Shown piece by piece: positions 28,290-40,887 of a stretch of DNA of 64,000 nucleotides. The DNA comes from Octopus vulgaris (taxonomy: Eukaryota): NCBI GenBank assembly GCA_951406725.2, contig OX597824.1, positions 95,852,001 through 95,916,000 on the forward strand, in the 5' to 3' direction. Both the position numbers and the translations under genes were made by a program. Position 1 is the first letter of the stretch. Each line of letters starts with the position of its first letter. The notes under the pieces were generated by a model. The model was given only the letters and a program-made list of their open reading frames with translations, was not told where the DNA came from and made no database searches.

Positions 28290-28690
28290 ATTCTTTCTAC
28301 GGTAGGCACAGGGCCTAAAAATTGAGAGGAAAGAACTAGTCGATCATATCGTCCCCACTGCTCAACTAGTATTTATTTTATCGTCCCCGAAAGGAGGAAT
28401 GGCTAAGTAGAGCTCGGTAGAATTTGAACTCAGAACGTAAAGTCCGAAAAAATGGAAATGCTGTTACGACGACGAGTGTTCCAGTTGTTCCAGAACAGCC
28501 TGATCGTGAAATTAATGTCCAAGTGGCTGAGCACTCCACAGACACACGTGACCTTAACGTAGCTCTCAGGGAGACTCAGTGTGACACATCAAATGTGACA
28601 AGGCTGGCTCCCCCCCCCGCCCTTTGAATTACTGGTACATCTCATTTTTACCAACTGAGTGGACTTGGAGCAACGTGAAATAAAGCGTCT
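28290..28690 (-). mobile_element. SINE family B fragment (28290-28445) plus family C-related SINE 3' part (28462-28690)
   Basis: gaatttgaactcagaacgt (reverse B-box); gtggctgagcactccacagacacacgtg is the reverse complement of 62518-62545. Confidence 0.8.
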
Positions 28691-28907
28691 AACCAAAAAA
28701 ATGAAGCTAAGTCGCAGGAACTTGAAACTGAATCTGAGCCTTCCTTTAGATTCTGGTCACAAAGGGTTTAGCATCTCACTTCGTAGTGCATCGATGATTA
28801 AACATTACATAATTTAACTCCTGCTTTTTACAATCTGAGGCCAGATTATTATAAAATCTGTATTGCCTTCCATACTTCTCGAACGGATAAAATAAGTTCC
28901 AGTAATA

Positions 28908-29123
28908 CGAAGAGATGCTGAAAAGTTCCTGGCTTTGGGGGGAAGAAAATACAGAAGGATCAGTTAATTATGATTTTATTCAACATATTCTACTCTCAGA
29001 TTCACATACTTATTGCTGTGGTCCTTCAGTTTTTCTATGCCCTGTAAAAGAAGTCGGAAGGTTGGGCCCCCAACCAAGTCTTTCACGACAGCCTTAAAGC
29101 TAGGAATTTTACAGCGCCCCTCG
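28908..29123. mobile_element. Tc1/mariner MITE
   Basis: TA-flanked imperfect TIRs cgaagagatgctgaaaagttcctggcttt / aaagctaggaattttacagcgcccctcg. Confidence 0.8.
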
Positions 29124-29736
29124 TATACCATATTGTTGTATTTGCTTATGTTTCTCCTCCGATAAATGCGTGTCCTTGTGTGTATGGAAGGCGTGAGTCT
29201 TTTTGGGCGGATGGAAGCTCAAGTGGAAATGATGGAGATGTTTCTACAAATGTAATTTGATATCACAAGATTTGAAACGAAATATGTCCGGATTCATCGA
29301 GAGAGAGAGAGAATGTTATTAAAAGGGCGTTGTCCTGAATAAGATACAAATCTCTTTTTTCCTCTCTCTCCGTTTCTCTTCATATATGTATGTGTGTGTG
29401 TATATATATATACACATACATACGTATTTATACACACACGCACACACACACACACACACATTTATCTGGGTTACAATCTCAAGTACTTTGTGCAGAAGAT
29501 GTCCGGTTTCAATATCTGAATGATACCAATTCACTTCTTTGCACGTCTCTAATGAGCGAAGGCATAGCTGTGTGGTTAAGAAGTTCGCTTTAAAGTTGCA
29601 TGGCTTCAGGTTCAGTCCCACAACGCGTCACATGGAACAAGTTCTTTTTCCACTATAGCTTAAGGGTCAATTAGGGAAATTTGACAGAAGAAAACAGAAA
29701 CTGTGTGAAAGGCTGTCGGACTACGTTGGTAGACCT

Positions 29737-29893
29737 CAGTTGCATAGCTGATCGGGGGTTCTGCTCCGGGTGGCACTTATAGGGATGGAACTTTTGGGTG
29801 TACTGTATAATCCTGTAGAGGCTTGAGGACACGGAGAGAGGGCGGCAAACTCAATGGTGACCCCGGGCAGCATACACTATAGCTACGCCACTG
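29737..29893. mobile_element. MITE with CAGTGGCGTAGCT-like TIRs (related to 18673-18862)
   Basis: cagttgcatagct / agctacgccactg; TSD not recognisable. Confidence 0.65.
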
Positions 29894-31084
29894 AAAGTTT
29901 TAATCCATTCCCAAGTTAATCTCACCGCCTAATCCCTTGGTTGCCTTTAGCGGGGTACATACAGCTGTAATCATTCGAGCCGAGATCCGATCTGAGGATA
30001 TATTTCTCTTGGTTTCATCAATCACAGCCATTGGAAAACATAAATGCCTCTGCTTTTTCTCCTCAGACAAAGCAATAAGAATGTCTCTCGGAAACATGAA
30101 AATCACGAGTTTTTACTTTATTTCCTTTAAAATAAAGAACCTTTAAATAAATGCAGGAATGTAATTTACTAAGGGTTTGCAAACTCAGGTCCATCCCAGG
30201 GTACTCAAAGCGTTTTCATTGTCCCTTAAGAATTTCTAGGGGGTTTGCTCGCACCCCTTGCAGTCTCTGTTCCTGAGCTCTGTGGACCTTTATGTTTAGT
30301 GAGAGAAAAACCAAAGACTCCATAGTTTGATGTGGAATCGAAATTATGTTTCAAGAATGAAAGGCGTGGTCTAAATAACTTTGGTATTTAGTCATCTCGC
30401 CATTTTAGACGCATAACCAGCCAGAAAAAAATTATTCCATTAAAGGCATGGAATCCGAGGGTTGGGGTAAAATGTTTAATATTTTAATGTGCGATCTAAT
30501 TATTATTATATCATTAATATCATATGATCGTCGTTAAATAACAAGTATTTCCGAAGCTAAACTTGTAATTTCAGTAATTATACAAAATGAAAGAGCAACC
30601 AGTTGGTGTACATAACATCGCTCGACTAAATGTTTTGCACTGTTTCCTCTCGTTCGCCAACCATCTGAGATCAAATCCAGCCAAGATCGTCATCTCTTCT
30701 ACCGATTCTTGTTCGGTTGCAAGTCGCAATCATATACTTGGGGCCCTAATGTATCATTCCGGCTAATTTGTTTTCGAGTGTAAATTAGCGCGTTGTCCCT
30801 AAAACCTGCGCCGATTTGCCGAAGTGTCAACCATGGTTAGAAGGCGTGAGGTCCAGTGGTTCGAGTGATGCACTCGCGACCTCGAGCTCGTAGTTTCTAT
30901 TCTAATTATAAAACTTAGGGTTTTTTTGCAATTCCTAAATCCTTTCTTAATAATCATGCTCCTTCTTCTTCTCCCCAATCATATGGTACTGGGTTGTGTC
31001 TCACTGTTGACACTTAGGGCAAGCGTCTTCTACGATAGGCTCGGGCCGACCAAACCCTTGTGAGTGGATTTATTCTTTTATTCT

Positions 31085-31292
31085 TTGATTTGTTTCAGTC
31101 ATTTGACTGCGGTCATGCTGGAGCACCGCCTTTAGTCAAGCAAATCGACGTCAGGACTTATTCTTTGTAATCCTAGTGTTTATTCTATCGATCTCTCTTG
31201 CCGAACCGCTAAGTTACTGGGACGTAAACACACCAGCATCGGTTATCAAGCAATGTTGGGGGAACGAACATAGACACACAAACATACACACT

Positions 31293-31350
<58 letters not shown>

Positions 31351-31842
31351 AAATAACTATAAATATTTTTAGAGAGTTATAGCCAAAAAATGGGGAAAAA
31401 ATGATGGTAAATTTTTTTAGTTAAAAAGGTCGAGTTGCGTCCCCTAGACAGTCTGTGGTTTGTGTTTCTGATTGTCGACCCCATGTCGAATTTATCGATT
31501 TTTCAGAACTGGGGAACTTTTCAAAATTTTCGCTGCGTTAGTTTTGAATTATGACATTGGGCTATGTGTTGTCAAGTTTCATCAGAATCGGTTGAAAGCA
31601 GTGGTCAGGGTGAGGTACAACCAAACAGACACACAGACACACACACAGACAAACTGCCGTTTATATATAGAGAGATATACGACGGGCTTCTTTCAGTTTC
31701 CGTCTACCAAATCCACTCATAAGGCTTTGATTGGTCCAAGGCTATAGTAGAAGACACTTGCCCAAGGTGCCACGCAGTGGGACTGAACCCGGAACCATGT
31801 GGCTGGTAAGCAAGCTATTTACCACACAGCCACTCCTGCGCC
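31085..31842 (-). mobile_element. SINE family A split by an insertion in its internal (TA)n
   Basis: 3' half at 31085-31348 and 5' half at 31677-31842 are collinear with intact copies. Confidence 0.9.
31349..31676 (+). mobile_element. Non-autonomous Helitron/Helentron-like (Lep1/HINE-like) 3' fragment
   Basis: aagtttcatcagaatcggttg, short (CAGA/CA)n microsatellite and terminal tttatatatagagagat resemble the Lep1-like end architecture; located in (TA)n. Confidence 0.55.
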
Positions 31843-33363
31843 TCTTTGGTAGACGGAAACTGAAAGAATCCCGTTGTATATATCTGTGTGTATGTACGTG
31901 TGTGCGTGCGTATGTATGTGTATGTGTGTATTTGCGTCCGTGTTTGTCCGCCACCCGGTGTTGGTGTGTTAACATCCACGTAACTTATACTTAAAAAAGA
32001 TAAATACCAGAATCGATTCGATCTACTAAGAATTCTTCAAGGCGCTGCCCCAGTATGGCCGCAGTCAAATAACTGAAACAAGCAAGAAGGCAAAACGTAA
32101 TGTAATAAACGACATCTATAATATAAATCATTCCTGATCTTTCAACTCGACCCTATTTTTTTAGGTTCTTAAAATAAACTGCCCTATATTAAGTCGTTAA
32201 TGCAACCTATGTTACGACAGATTGTTTACATAACCTGTTTCATCCAGATGATGAGCAAAACCCATAGGGATATGAAAAGGCATTACTGAATCTGTCTATT
32301 TATTTGGAGCAGTTTATTCTCAGTCTTCCGTAGCTCAAATGCCCTCTTTCACCCGATGGCGTTTTATAAACAACGGATTCTTTTTTGCAAACAAAAAGCC
32401 AATTTTGCACCGTGATTTACTGCCGTGTTCTTCTTATACGATTCACTCCGTCTCGCACGTGCTTCCTTTCTCGATATCTACGTGGAATACTAACGTCTCC
32501 TCCTTTGCTGAGAATTACACACTGTTGATTTGTTTTTTTGGGTTTTTTTTCTTCATTTTGTTAGTCTTGCTTACAAGCAAAACCCTCACAACACACACTC
32601 ACGCAAACACACACACACACACACACACACATTCTTTGTTTTGTCCTGTACTGTCCATAATGTTTTTCTTAATGTAAACCCTTGTGGTTAATAAAGAAAT
32701 CATCATCTTCATCGTTATTATTATTATTATTATTATTATTATTCGTTAGCACCCCGCATGAAATGCTTAGCGGTATTTTGCCCGCCTCTACGTTCTAAGT
32801 TCAAATTCCGCCGAGGTCGACTTTGCCTTTCATCCTTTCGGAGGTCGATAAAACAAGTACCGCACTCACATGACTGAAACAAGTAAAAAATAAAACATAC
32901 ATACATACATGCATACATACATAAATGCATGCATGCATGCATACAGCGGGCTTCCATACAGTTACCGTTTACGAAATTCACTCTCACAAGTCATTGATCA
33001 GGATTGAACCTGAAACGATGTGGCCGCAAAGCGAACGTCTTAACCCCACAGCCATGCCCATGGCACGCCGTCAGCCATCTTTCTGCTGCTCACTCATAAA
33101 ACAACATCCTATACCAAATTCTAATCCTGACAAAGTTTCTGTTTTGGAAATGTGTCTAAACAAATCATCGCCATTGTAACTGGATTCAATATTATATTTC
33201 CAAGAAAAAATCACCACCCAACACCTCCACCCGGCACCACCACAGTATCCCCCGTCACATCCGCCGCCCTCTTGTAATCGCACAAAGTCCCCGAGGAGGG
33301 TCCCCTGCCGTCCAGATTTAAGAGCCAACTAAACTGAGGTAGATGAGACTCGAAGAACATAAA

Positions 33364-33375
33364 CTGTTGTTGTTG

Positions 33376-33409
<34 letters not shown>

Positions 33410-33745
33410 GGTGGTGGTGGTGGTGGTGGTGGCGGTGAAGGTTGTGGTGGTGGTGGTGGTGGTGGTGGCGGTGAAGGTTGTGGTGGTGGTGGAGGTTGTG
33501 GTGGTGAAGGTTGTGGTGGTGGAGGTTGTGGTGGTGGAGGTTGTGGTGGTGGTGGTGGTGGTGGCGGTGAAGGTTGTGGTGGTGGTGGAGGAGGTGGTGG
33601 TGGTGGTGGTGGTTACTGTTGTTGTTGTTATTCCTGGTGTTGTTGCTGCTACCGTTGTTAATGGCGATGTTCTTGCTGTTGTTGTTGTTGTTGTTACTAC
33701 TATTGTTTTTGTTGCTGTCGTTGCTACTGCTGCTGCTGCAGTGAT
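33364..33745. repeat. (GTT)n/(GGT)n trinucleotide tract with repeated ggcggtgaaggttgt interruptions
   Basis: Direct. Confidence 0.95.
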
Positions 33746-33789
33746 AGTTATATTTCTTTGTTTCTTTTTCTTTTCTTTTTCTATTTTGA

Positions 33790-34205
33790 AGCCATGGGTT
33801 TGTAGTTAAAAAAAAACTCAGTTTGCAACCACGGGTTTTGGGTTCAGTCCCACTGCACGGCACCTTGGGCGTGTCGCTTCTATTATACACAAAAGCATCA
33901 TGTATGAATTTGATAGACGGCAAATGAAAGAAGCCCGTTGTGTATAATACGTTTTGTGTGTGTGTGTGTGTGTATGTGTGTGTGTGTGTGTGTCTTATGT
34001 ATAAGTTTGCATACACACCCGCACCTCCAGCGCTTGACAACTGGCGTTAGTTTATTTACATCCATGTAACATAGCGGTTCGGTAATAGAGACCAATAGAA
34101 TTAGTACCGTAATTTAAAACATACACTGGGGTCGTTTAGTTCAACAAAACCCCTACAAAGCAGTGCCCCAGCCTGGCCGCAGCTTAGTGGACCAAAACAA
34201 AAGAC
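33790..34205 (+). mobile_element. SINE family A, diverged
   Basis: ggttcagtcccactgcacggcaccttgggc..agcggttcgg..gagaccaatagaattagtac. Confidence 0.8.
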
Positions 34206-34554
34206 AGATGATCGATCAGAGTTTTTGAGGATAGATGTGATTTGTAGGTAATTTAGTTGCTATTCCTAACAGATCAAGCAATCAGTTGCTCTTCCATGGG
34301 TTTGTACTTCTTGAAGCTAGACTCGCAAAGGAAGAGCCAAGCTTTAATCATTAAACTAATGAGTTTTTCTCCTCACCCTGGATTTAATTTTAATTAATTA
34401 AATAGTTTGGCTTCTTACTTCGATGTATGTCAGCGCCAACTTTACAATTTGGCGTTTATATGTTGTGCGTGTGCGGAGACATAGAAATCGTTTTCCATGA
34501 AATGTGGGGAAGAAACAGTCAAAGCAATAATCAGAATATCTTCTCTAAAAGAAC

Positions 34555-35432
34555 GGTTTTAGGTTTTGGCATAAGGCCAGCGATTTCGGAGGGACGGGGT
34601 AAGTCGATTATATTGACCCCTGTACTTGATAGATACTTTATTTTATCGATCCTGAAAAGGAGGAAGGAAAAGACGGTCTTTGCAGGATTTGAGCTTAGCA
34701 TGAAAAGAGCCGGAAAAAATGCCATTATGCATTTTATCCGATGTAGGGACGATTCTGGCAGCTCTCCGTTAAAGATAATAAAAATCGTTTGTACTTTAGG
34801 TACAAAGCCTGAAATTTAGGTGGAGGGAGGGCCAGGTCAGTTATCGATCCCAGTGATCATATGATACTTTAGTATCGATCCACCCCACCCCCACCTCCAC
34901 CCCCACCGAAAAAAAGAAATAAAAAAAGAAATTGTTGACATCGGTGGGATTTGAACTCAAAATGTAAAGACGGACGAAATGCTGTGCAGCTTTTGGTCCC
35001 GCATGCTAACGATTCTTATTTCTTTACTGCCCACAAGGAGCTAAACACAAAGGGGACAAACAAGGACAGACAAATGGATTAAGTCGATTATATCGACCTC
35101 AATGCGTAACTGGTACTTAATTTATCGACCCTCAAAGGATGAAAGACAAAGTCGACCTCGGCGGAACTTGAACTCAGAACGTAGCGGCAGACGAAATACC
35201 GCTAAACTTTTCGCCCGTCGTGCTTACGATTCTACCAGCTCGCCACCTTTATCTTCTCTGAAATAACGCAAAATCACTAAGTCAATTATCAACCCTACTG
35301 ATCAATCGACACTTCATCTGTTGACCCTCAAAGGAACAAAAACAAGTTCGACCTCGATGGAATTTGAACTCAGAACGAACACACGAAATACCTCTCACCG
35401 TTTGGTCCCGCGAGCTGACGATTCAACCAGCT
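34555..35432 (-). mobile_element. Cluster of four SINE family B copies (34555-34765, 34790-35015, young long-tail copy 35014-35248, 35280-35432)
   Basis: Four reverse B-box motifs (ttgaactca/ttgagctta) with associated heads. Confidence 0.85.
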
Positions 35433-35921
35433 ATACTGCTTTTGCTCTCTTCTCTCAAATAACGCAAAATCACCAACTTAGCAAACTACGAACGACTTTA
35501 CTTCCTTTTATTTCGCCATTAAGACAGGGTTATAGGAGCAAAATTTGAAGAATTCATCTTCGTGCAGTTGAAGACTGGTAAAGAAACACCAGTCTTGTCT
35601 CTTTCAACAAGAAAGCATCATTGTCCCGTGTCCCCTTAATTGCGAGCAGGATCAGTGAAGTAGCTAAAGTGTGTGTGCCACTCGGAGCAGCCCTTCAATT
35701 TCCGTCACCGATTCGAAATCGTTTCGCCAAGTCACTTCGCTGTTAGTTGACAGTCGCACCGCCATGGCAGAGCTCCTGCAAGTCTTGGAGTTTATTATAG
35801 AAATGGTGCGGAAGACTGGGAAGGAAAGAGAAGAAGAAGAAAATGAAGAAAAGGAGAAGAAGGAGAGGGAGAGAGGGAGAGAAAAGGATAGAGGAGGAAA
35901 AAGAGAGAAAGAGAAAGGAAG

Positions 35922-37005
35922 AGTGTGTGTATGTGTGTGCGTGTTTGTGTGTGCACGTGTTCTGTGTGAGTGTGTTTGTGAGTGTTGTGTGTGTGTGTAT
36001 GTATGTTTGTGTATGAGTGTGTTTGTGAGTGTTGTGTGTGTGTGTGTGTGTATGTTTGTGTTTGTGTGTGTACGTGTGTTGTGTGTAAGTGTGTGTATGT
36101 GTTTGTGTGTGTATGTGTTCTATGTATTTGTGTTATGTGTGTGTGTGTGTGTTTGCTTATATGTTTTGTGTGTATGTGTGCGTGTGTTGGGAGTGTGTAT
36201 ATGTATTGTATGCGAGTATATGTGTTATGTGTACGTGAATGTGTGTATGTGTGTGCTGTGGGAGTACGTAGGGTGAAGGTTGCGTGTGCATGTGTGTGTG
36301 TGTATGTGTATGTTGTGTGTGTGTGCATACATGTGAGCATGTGTGTGCTCTGTGTGTATGTGCATGTGCGTACGTGTGTGTTGTGTGTGTATGCGTGCGT
36401 GCTGTGTGTGTGTGCATGCGTGCGTGCGTGCGTACGTGTATGTGTATGCATATGTGTCTGTATGTGTGAGTGTGTGTATGCATATGTGTCTGTATATTGT
36501 GTGTATGCATGTGCCTGAATGTGTGTGTATGCATATGTGTCTGTATGTGTATGCATGTGTCTGTATGTTGTGTGTATGCATGTGCTTGTATGTGTGTGTG
36601 TGTGTGTGTGTGTATGCATATGTGTCTGTATGTGTATGCTTATGTGTCTGTATGTGTGTGTGTATGCATGTGTCCGTATGTGTGTGTATGCATATGTGTC
36701 CGTATGTGTGTGTATGCATGTGTGTTTGTATGTTGTGTGTGTATGCATATGTGTCTGTATGTGTGTGTGTATGCATGTGTCTGTATGTGTGTATGCATGT
36801 GTCTGTATGCGTGTGTGTATGCATGTGTGTGTGTGTGTATGCTTATGTGTCTGTATGTGTGTTTGTATGCATATGTCTGTATGCGTGTGTGTGTATGCAT
36901 GTGTCTGTATCTGTGTGTGTATGCATATGTGAATGTAAGTTGTGTATGCATGCATGTGTCTGTATGTGTGTGTGTGCCCTGTGTGTGTCTGCGTGGTGTG
37001 TGTCT
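35922..37005. repeat. About 1.1 kb degenerate (TG)n tract with a recurring tgtatgcatatgtgtc unit
   Basis: Direct. Confidence 0.95.
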
Positions 37006-37594
37006 CTACATATATGGGAGTCAAGCGAGATGAGGTTGTCGTCATGTCGATTTGTTTTGTTAGTCAACCACTGGGTAAACACTGAGCCCGGAGGGACCGG
37101 CAGAAGAAGAAGAAGAAGAAGAAGGAGGGGAACAGAAGGAAGTTGAAATGAAGGAGGGGAACGAAGAACGAAGGAAAATAACGAGAGCAAAACATCGAAG
37201 GCCCCCACCTCTCCCCTTTGTAATCTTTCCACGCCACCCCCCCACCCCCCGAGGCATACATTTTACAGCAACTGACTGCTCTGAATACGTTTGTACCCTA
37301 CATAAATAATAAAAGAAGAAAAAACGGCATATTTGAAGTTGCTAACACTTAGAGACTTACATGGACATGTTAGCAGTTTGACGTGGATTTCATATGAAGT
37401 CGAATATTATTACACAGGCGCACAGAAACAGAAGACAGCGCATGCGCATGCACATGTGCAATACATATGTACGCACATATGCGGGGACATGTGTGCACGT
37501 GCATATGTAAATAAGATATAATTAATATATATGTGTATAAATCTATTTGCTTGCCAAAATAAACAGGAATGGATTCTCTTCTGTTTACCAACAG

Positions 37595-37858
37595 TCGGTA
37601 TGGCTGTGTGGTAAGAATTTTGCTTCCAAAGCACGCAGTTTCGGGTTCAGTTCCAATGACTGACATTTGGCCCAAGTGTCTTCTGCTATAGCCTCGGACC
37701 GATCTAAGACTTATGAGACGAATTGGTAGACGGAAACTGAAAGAAGCTCGTTCTATATATATGTGTGTGTGTGTGTGTGCATGTGTATCTAAGTGTATGT
37801 GCCTGTCCTCCAGCATGGCCACAGTTCAATGAATGGAACACTTACAAGATAAAAGAAT
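37595..37858 (+). mobile_element. SINE family A, internally deleted
   Basis: tggctgtgtggtaag..gggttcagttcc..ggtagacggaaactgaaagaagc. Confidence 0.8.
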
Positions 37859-37970
37859 GAAGACAAAAGATATTCACTTTTAAAAAATAAATGTTCCCGT
37901 CGTCTATATATATTTACTGGCTTTATGTGTGAGGGTAAGAAGGAAGGGTGACATGTGCAAACATTAATTC

Positions 37971-38244
37971 GTGTATTTAACCTTTGATGGAACTTACCAC
38001 CCGATTTGGGTTGCGTACCCAAGCAACCTTACTCACGGGCCGAAGAACACTGCCGATCGCCACGGGCTCCGAATGTGTCTAGTACTCGTTCTAGGCAGCC
38101 CTATTCAAGGGTCTCTTAATCTAGCTGGGCGAAACGACCGACCATGTACGACCTTCGCGCCACAGCTCTCGACGACCGACGCAGACGACAAGATTCAGCG
38201 ACGGCTTCTTCCCGGTTCGTTCACCATTACTGAAGTAATCCCGT
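37971..38244 (-). pseudogene. Isolated, diverged large-subunit (28S) rRNA fragment covering the D1 region
   Basis: Reverse complement begins gggattacttcagtaatggtgaacgaaccgggaagaagccgtcgctgaatc and ends gagtaaggttgcttgggtacgcaacccaaatcgggtggtaagttccatcaaaggttaaatac, matching the conserved eukaryotic LSU blocks (GGATTCCC.CAGTAACGGCGAGTGAAGCGGGAA; GAGTCGGGTTG.TTGGGAATGCAGCCC....GGGTGGTAAA.TCCATCTAAGGCTAAATA) at about the expected spacing. Confidence 0.88.
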
Positions 38245-38696
38245 ACCGAAAAGGTTAAAATATCTTCAATTAATTCCACTGCAGGTTTAAATATTTTAAA
38301 ATGACTCCTTCGTGAAAAATTAATTGGTTCCTTTCTTACGATTTTGTTCTTGATGTCTTTTAGTTATTTGGAATCATTATGGTACGTTTATGCTTCGGTG
38401 AACAAACCTGAAGAACTTTCAAGCAAAAATTACTCCTAGATTGGTGAAGTTGATGAAGAAAATATGGCGTCCCTTAAGCCTGGAAGAAACGAACGAGTTC
38501 AGAGACGAGATGTCAAATGTTAATAATTGTAATTGAAACCAATTCGCAAACTGGCTGCCGGGAGCTGAAGCTCGCATGACACGTTTTGTTAATTAATTAT
38601 TATTTTCATTTATTTATTTTTGCTTTCACTAGAAGTTTCCAAGAAAGAAATATGAGACGTAACTTAGTACATACGAACATGTATTCATTCATTCAC

Positions 38697-38754
<58 letters not shown>

Positions 38755-38779
38755 CTCTCTCTCTCTCTCTCTCTAACCA

Positions 38780-38975
38780 CATGTGAGTCGTTGGCGATTT
38801 TTTTCCTCTGTCATCCTTTTCTATTGGACTTCCCTCTGTTTCTGAAGAAGAGCTTTGCTCGAAACGTTTAACCATCTTTCTTTCCTTCCCTGAGCGTCAG
38901 CTAATACTTTACATGTACCACGTACTCGGGTTGTTGTCTTTTCTTTGTGTTTGTTCTTCGATTTTGGGGATTTAT
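38780..38975 (+). mobile_element. Penelope-like terminal fragment with hammerhead core
   Basis: 38842-38870 CTGAAGA-a-GAGC-ttt-GCTC-GAAA-cgttta; downstream cctgagcg..ctaatac shared with 15790-15950; ends in (TA)n. Confidence 0.7.
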
Positions 38976-39131
38976 ATATATATATATAAGTAACAAAATA
39001 TGAATTTCCACTAATCTGATAGTACTCACAAAAGAAGTTCCTTAATGTATCATTCTACAAACCACATAGAATATATAGCACGTTACAAGAGAAAACGATA
39101 AGAAATCCTTGAAAATAATTCAGAATTTAAG

Positions 39132-39189
<58 letters not shown>

Positions 39190-39192
<3 letters not shown>

Positions 39193-39478
39193 GGAGTTAA
39201 ATGCAAGTGTTATTCAAATTCTTTTACTGCCGACACATCGGCAGAAGGTATCATTGGTATTATTCCAAAGGAATAAAATGGTGTAAAGCAATGTAATCTT
39301 CTCTTCAGTGAAATGAAGAATCGCAAGGGCGATTTTGTCGTGTCTTTCCGATATTCATTTTATGTTTAACAAAACACTTTCATGACGGATGCCATAGCAG
39401 GACGAATACCGCAATAAATGGCGTATGATACATTGATGACAATTTTAATTTAATGCTGACTCAATTCCGTATACCGGA
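39190..39478 (-). mobile_element. Possible Penelope-like fragment abutting (TA)n
   Basis: Minus-strand ctgaaga-gaag..cttc with a tgccga-tgtg-tcggca hairpin where GAAA/stem III is expected. Confidence 0.3.
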
Positions 39479-40340
39479 TACATACGTACATACATACATA
39501 CATACGTACATACATACATACATACGTACATACATACATACATACGTACATACATACATACATACATACATACGTACATACATACATACATACATACATG
39601 CATGCATGCATGCATACATACATACATACATACATACGTACATACATACATACATACATACATACATGCATGCATGCATACATACATACATACATACGTA
39701 CATACGTACGTACATACATACATACATACATACATGCATGCATGCATGCATACATACATACATACATACATGCATGCATGCATGCATGCATGCATGCATA
39801 CATACATACATACGTACGTACGTACGTACGTACATGCATGCATGCATGCATGCATGCATACATACATACATACATACATACATACATACATACATACATA
39901 CATACATACGTACGTACGTACGTACATACATACATACATACATACATACATGCGTGCATACGTACATGCATGCATGCATGCATGCATACATACAAAAAGG
40001 CAGACAAACAGACTAGTAAGCAAGCAGATGGATGGATGGATGGATGGATGGATGGATAGGTGGGTAGATGGATGGATGCATGCATGCATGCATGGATGAA
40101 TGGATGGATGATTGGATGGATGGATGGGTGGATGGGTGGATGGATGGATGGATGGATGGATAGATGAATGGATGGATGTGAGATCTGAGGTGGATGCGTG
40201 GACGAATGGATTCAACGGATGGATTGATGGATGGGTGGATGGATGCACGTATGCATGGATGCACGTATGCATGGATGCACGTATGCATGGATGCACGTAT
40301 GCATGGATGCACGTATGCATGGATGCACGTATGCATGGAT
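39479..40340. repeat. Compound (TACA/TGCA/TACG)n, (GGAT)n and 6 x 16-bp ggatgcacgtatgcat tandem (40241-40336)
   Basis: Direct. Confidence 0.97.
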
Positions 40341-40855
40341 GATTTAATGGATGGCTGAATGGGTGGTTGGAATATTTGGAACAGCAGGAATTATAAGAAT
40401 ACTTTCAAATACTGAAAATATAAATAAACATTCTTGGTCGATTGGATAAATATGAATCTCTGCGCAAAATGAAAGATGGCGGAGGAGGGAGAGAAAGAGA
40501 GAGAAAATGTTCGTTTAATTCGTTTTATCTTCTCCTTTACATCAATATCATAATATTTGTTTTAGATTAGTCAAAAAGATTGTCTGTGATGACATATTTC
40601 ACTCTCCACATCTCACTCTCTCTCTCTTTCTCTTCTTCTTTCCTTCACCGTCTCCCCCACCCCCGCTCCCTCTCTCTCTCCGCCATTCCCATAATTCTTA
40701 CCCCATTTTTTTCTCTACGAACATTTGTCTATATCAGTTTGGTCTATATACACGCAGCACGTGAAGATATGTGTGTGTGTGTGTGTAAGGGCACGCGTGT
40801 GCATCTTATATTTACTCCCAAAATATGTAATAAAGATTTCCTTTATATACAAATG

Positions 40856-40887
<32 letters not shown>

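Noticed and set aside
29900-30110. Possible minus-strand exon (donor gcg|gtgaga)
   Set aside because: Weak acceptor, open on both strands, no recognisable protein; insufficient support.
35735-35775. LRR C-terminal cap-like peptide PWRCDCQL on the minus strand
   Set aside because: Frame stops four codons later and there are no LRRs nearby.
35795-37146. Long ORFs (416, 267 and 199 aa) rich in H/T/Y or C/V/M
   Set aside because: Translations of a degenerate (TG)n tract; stop-free only because of repeat composition. The same applies to all MYVC/HTHT/IYIY/LSLS ORFs in the track.
37971-38244. Functional rRNA gene
   Set aside because: Only about 275 bp, with no 5.8S/ITS or downstream LSU sequence.
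40241-40336. CRISPR-like array
   Set aside because: Head-to-tail 16-mers without spacers in a eukaryotic context; no cas genes.
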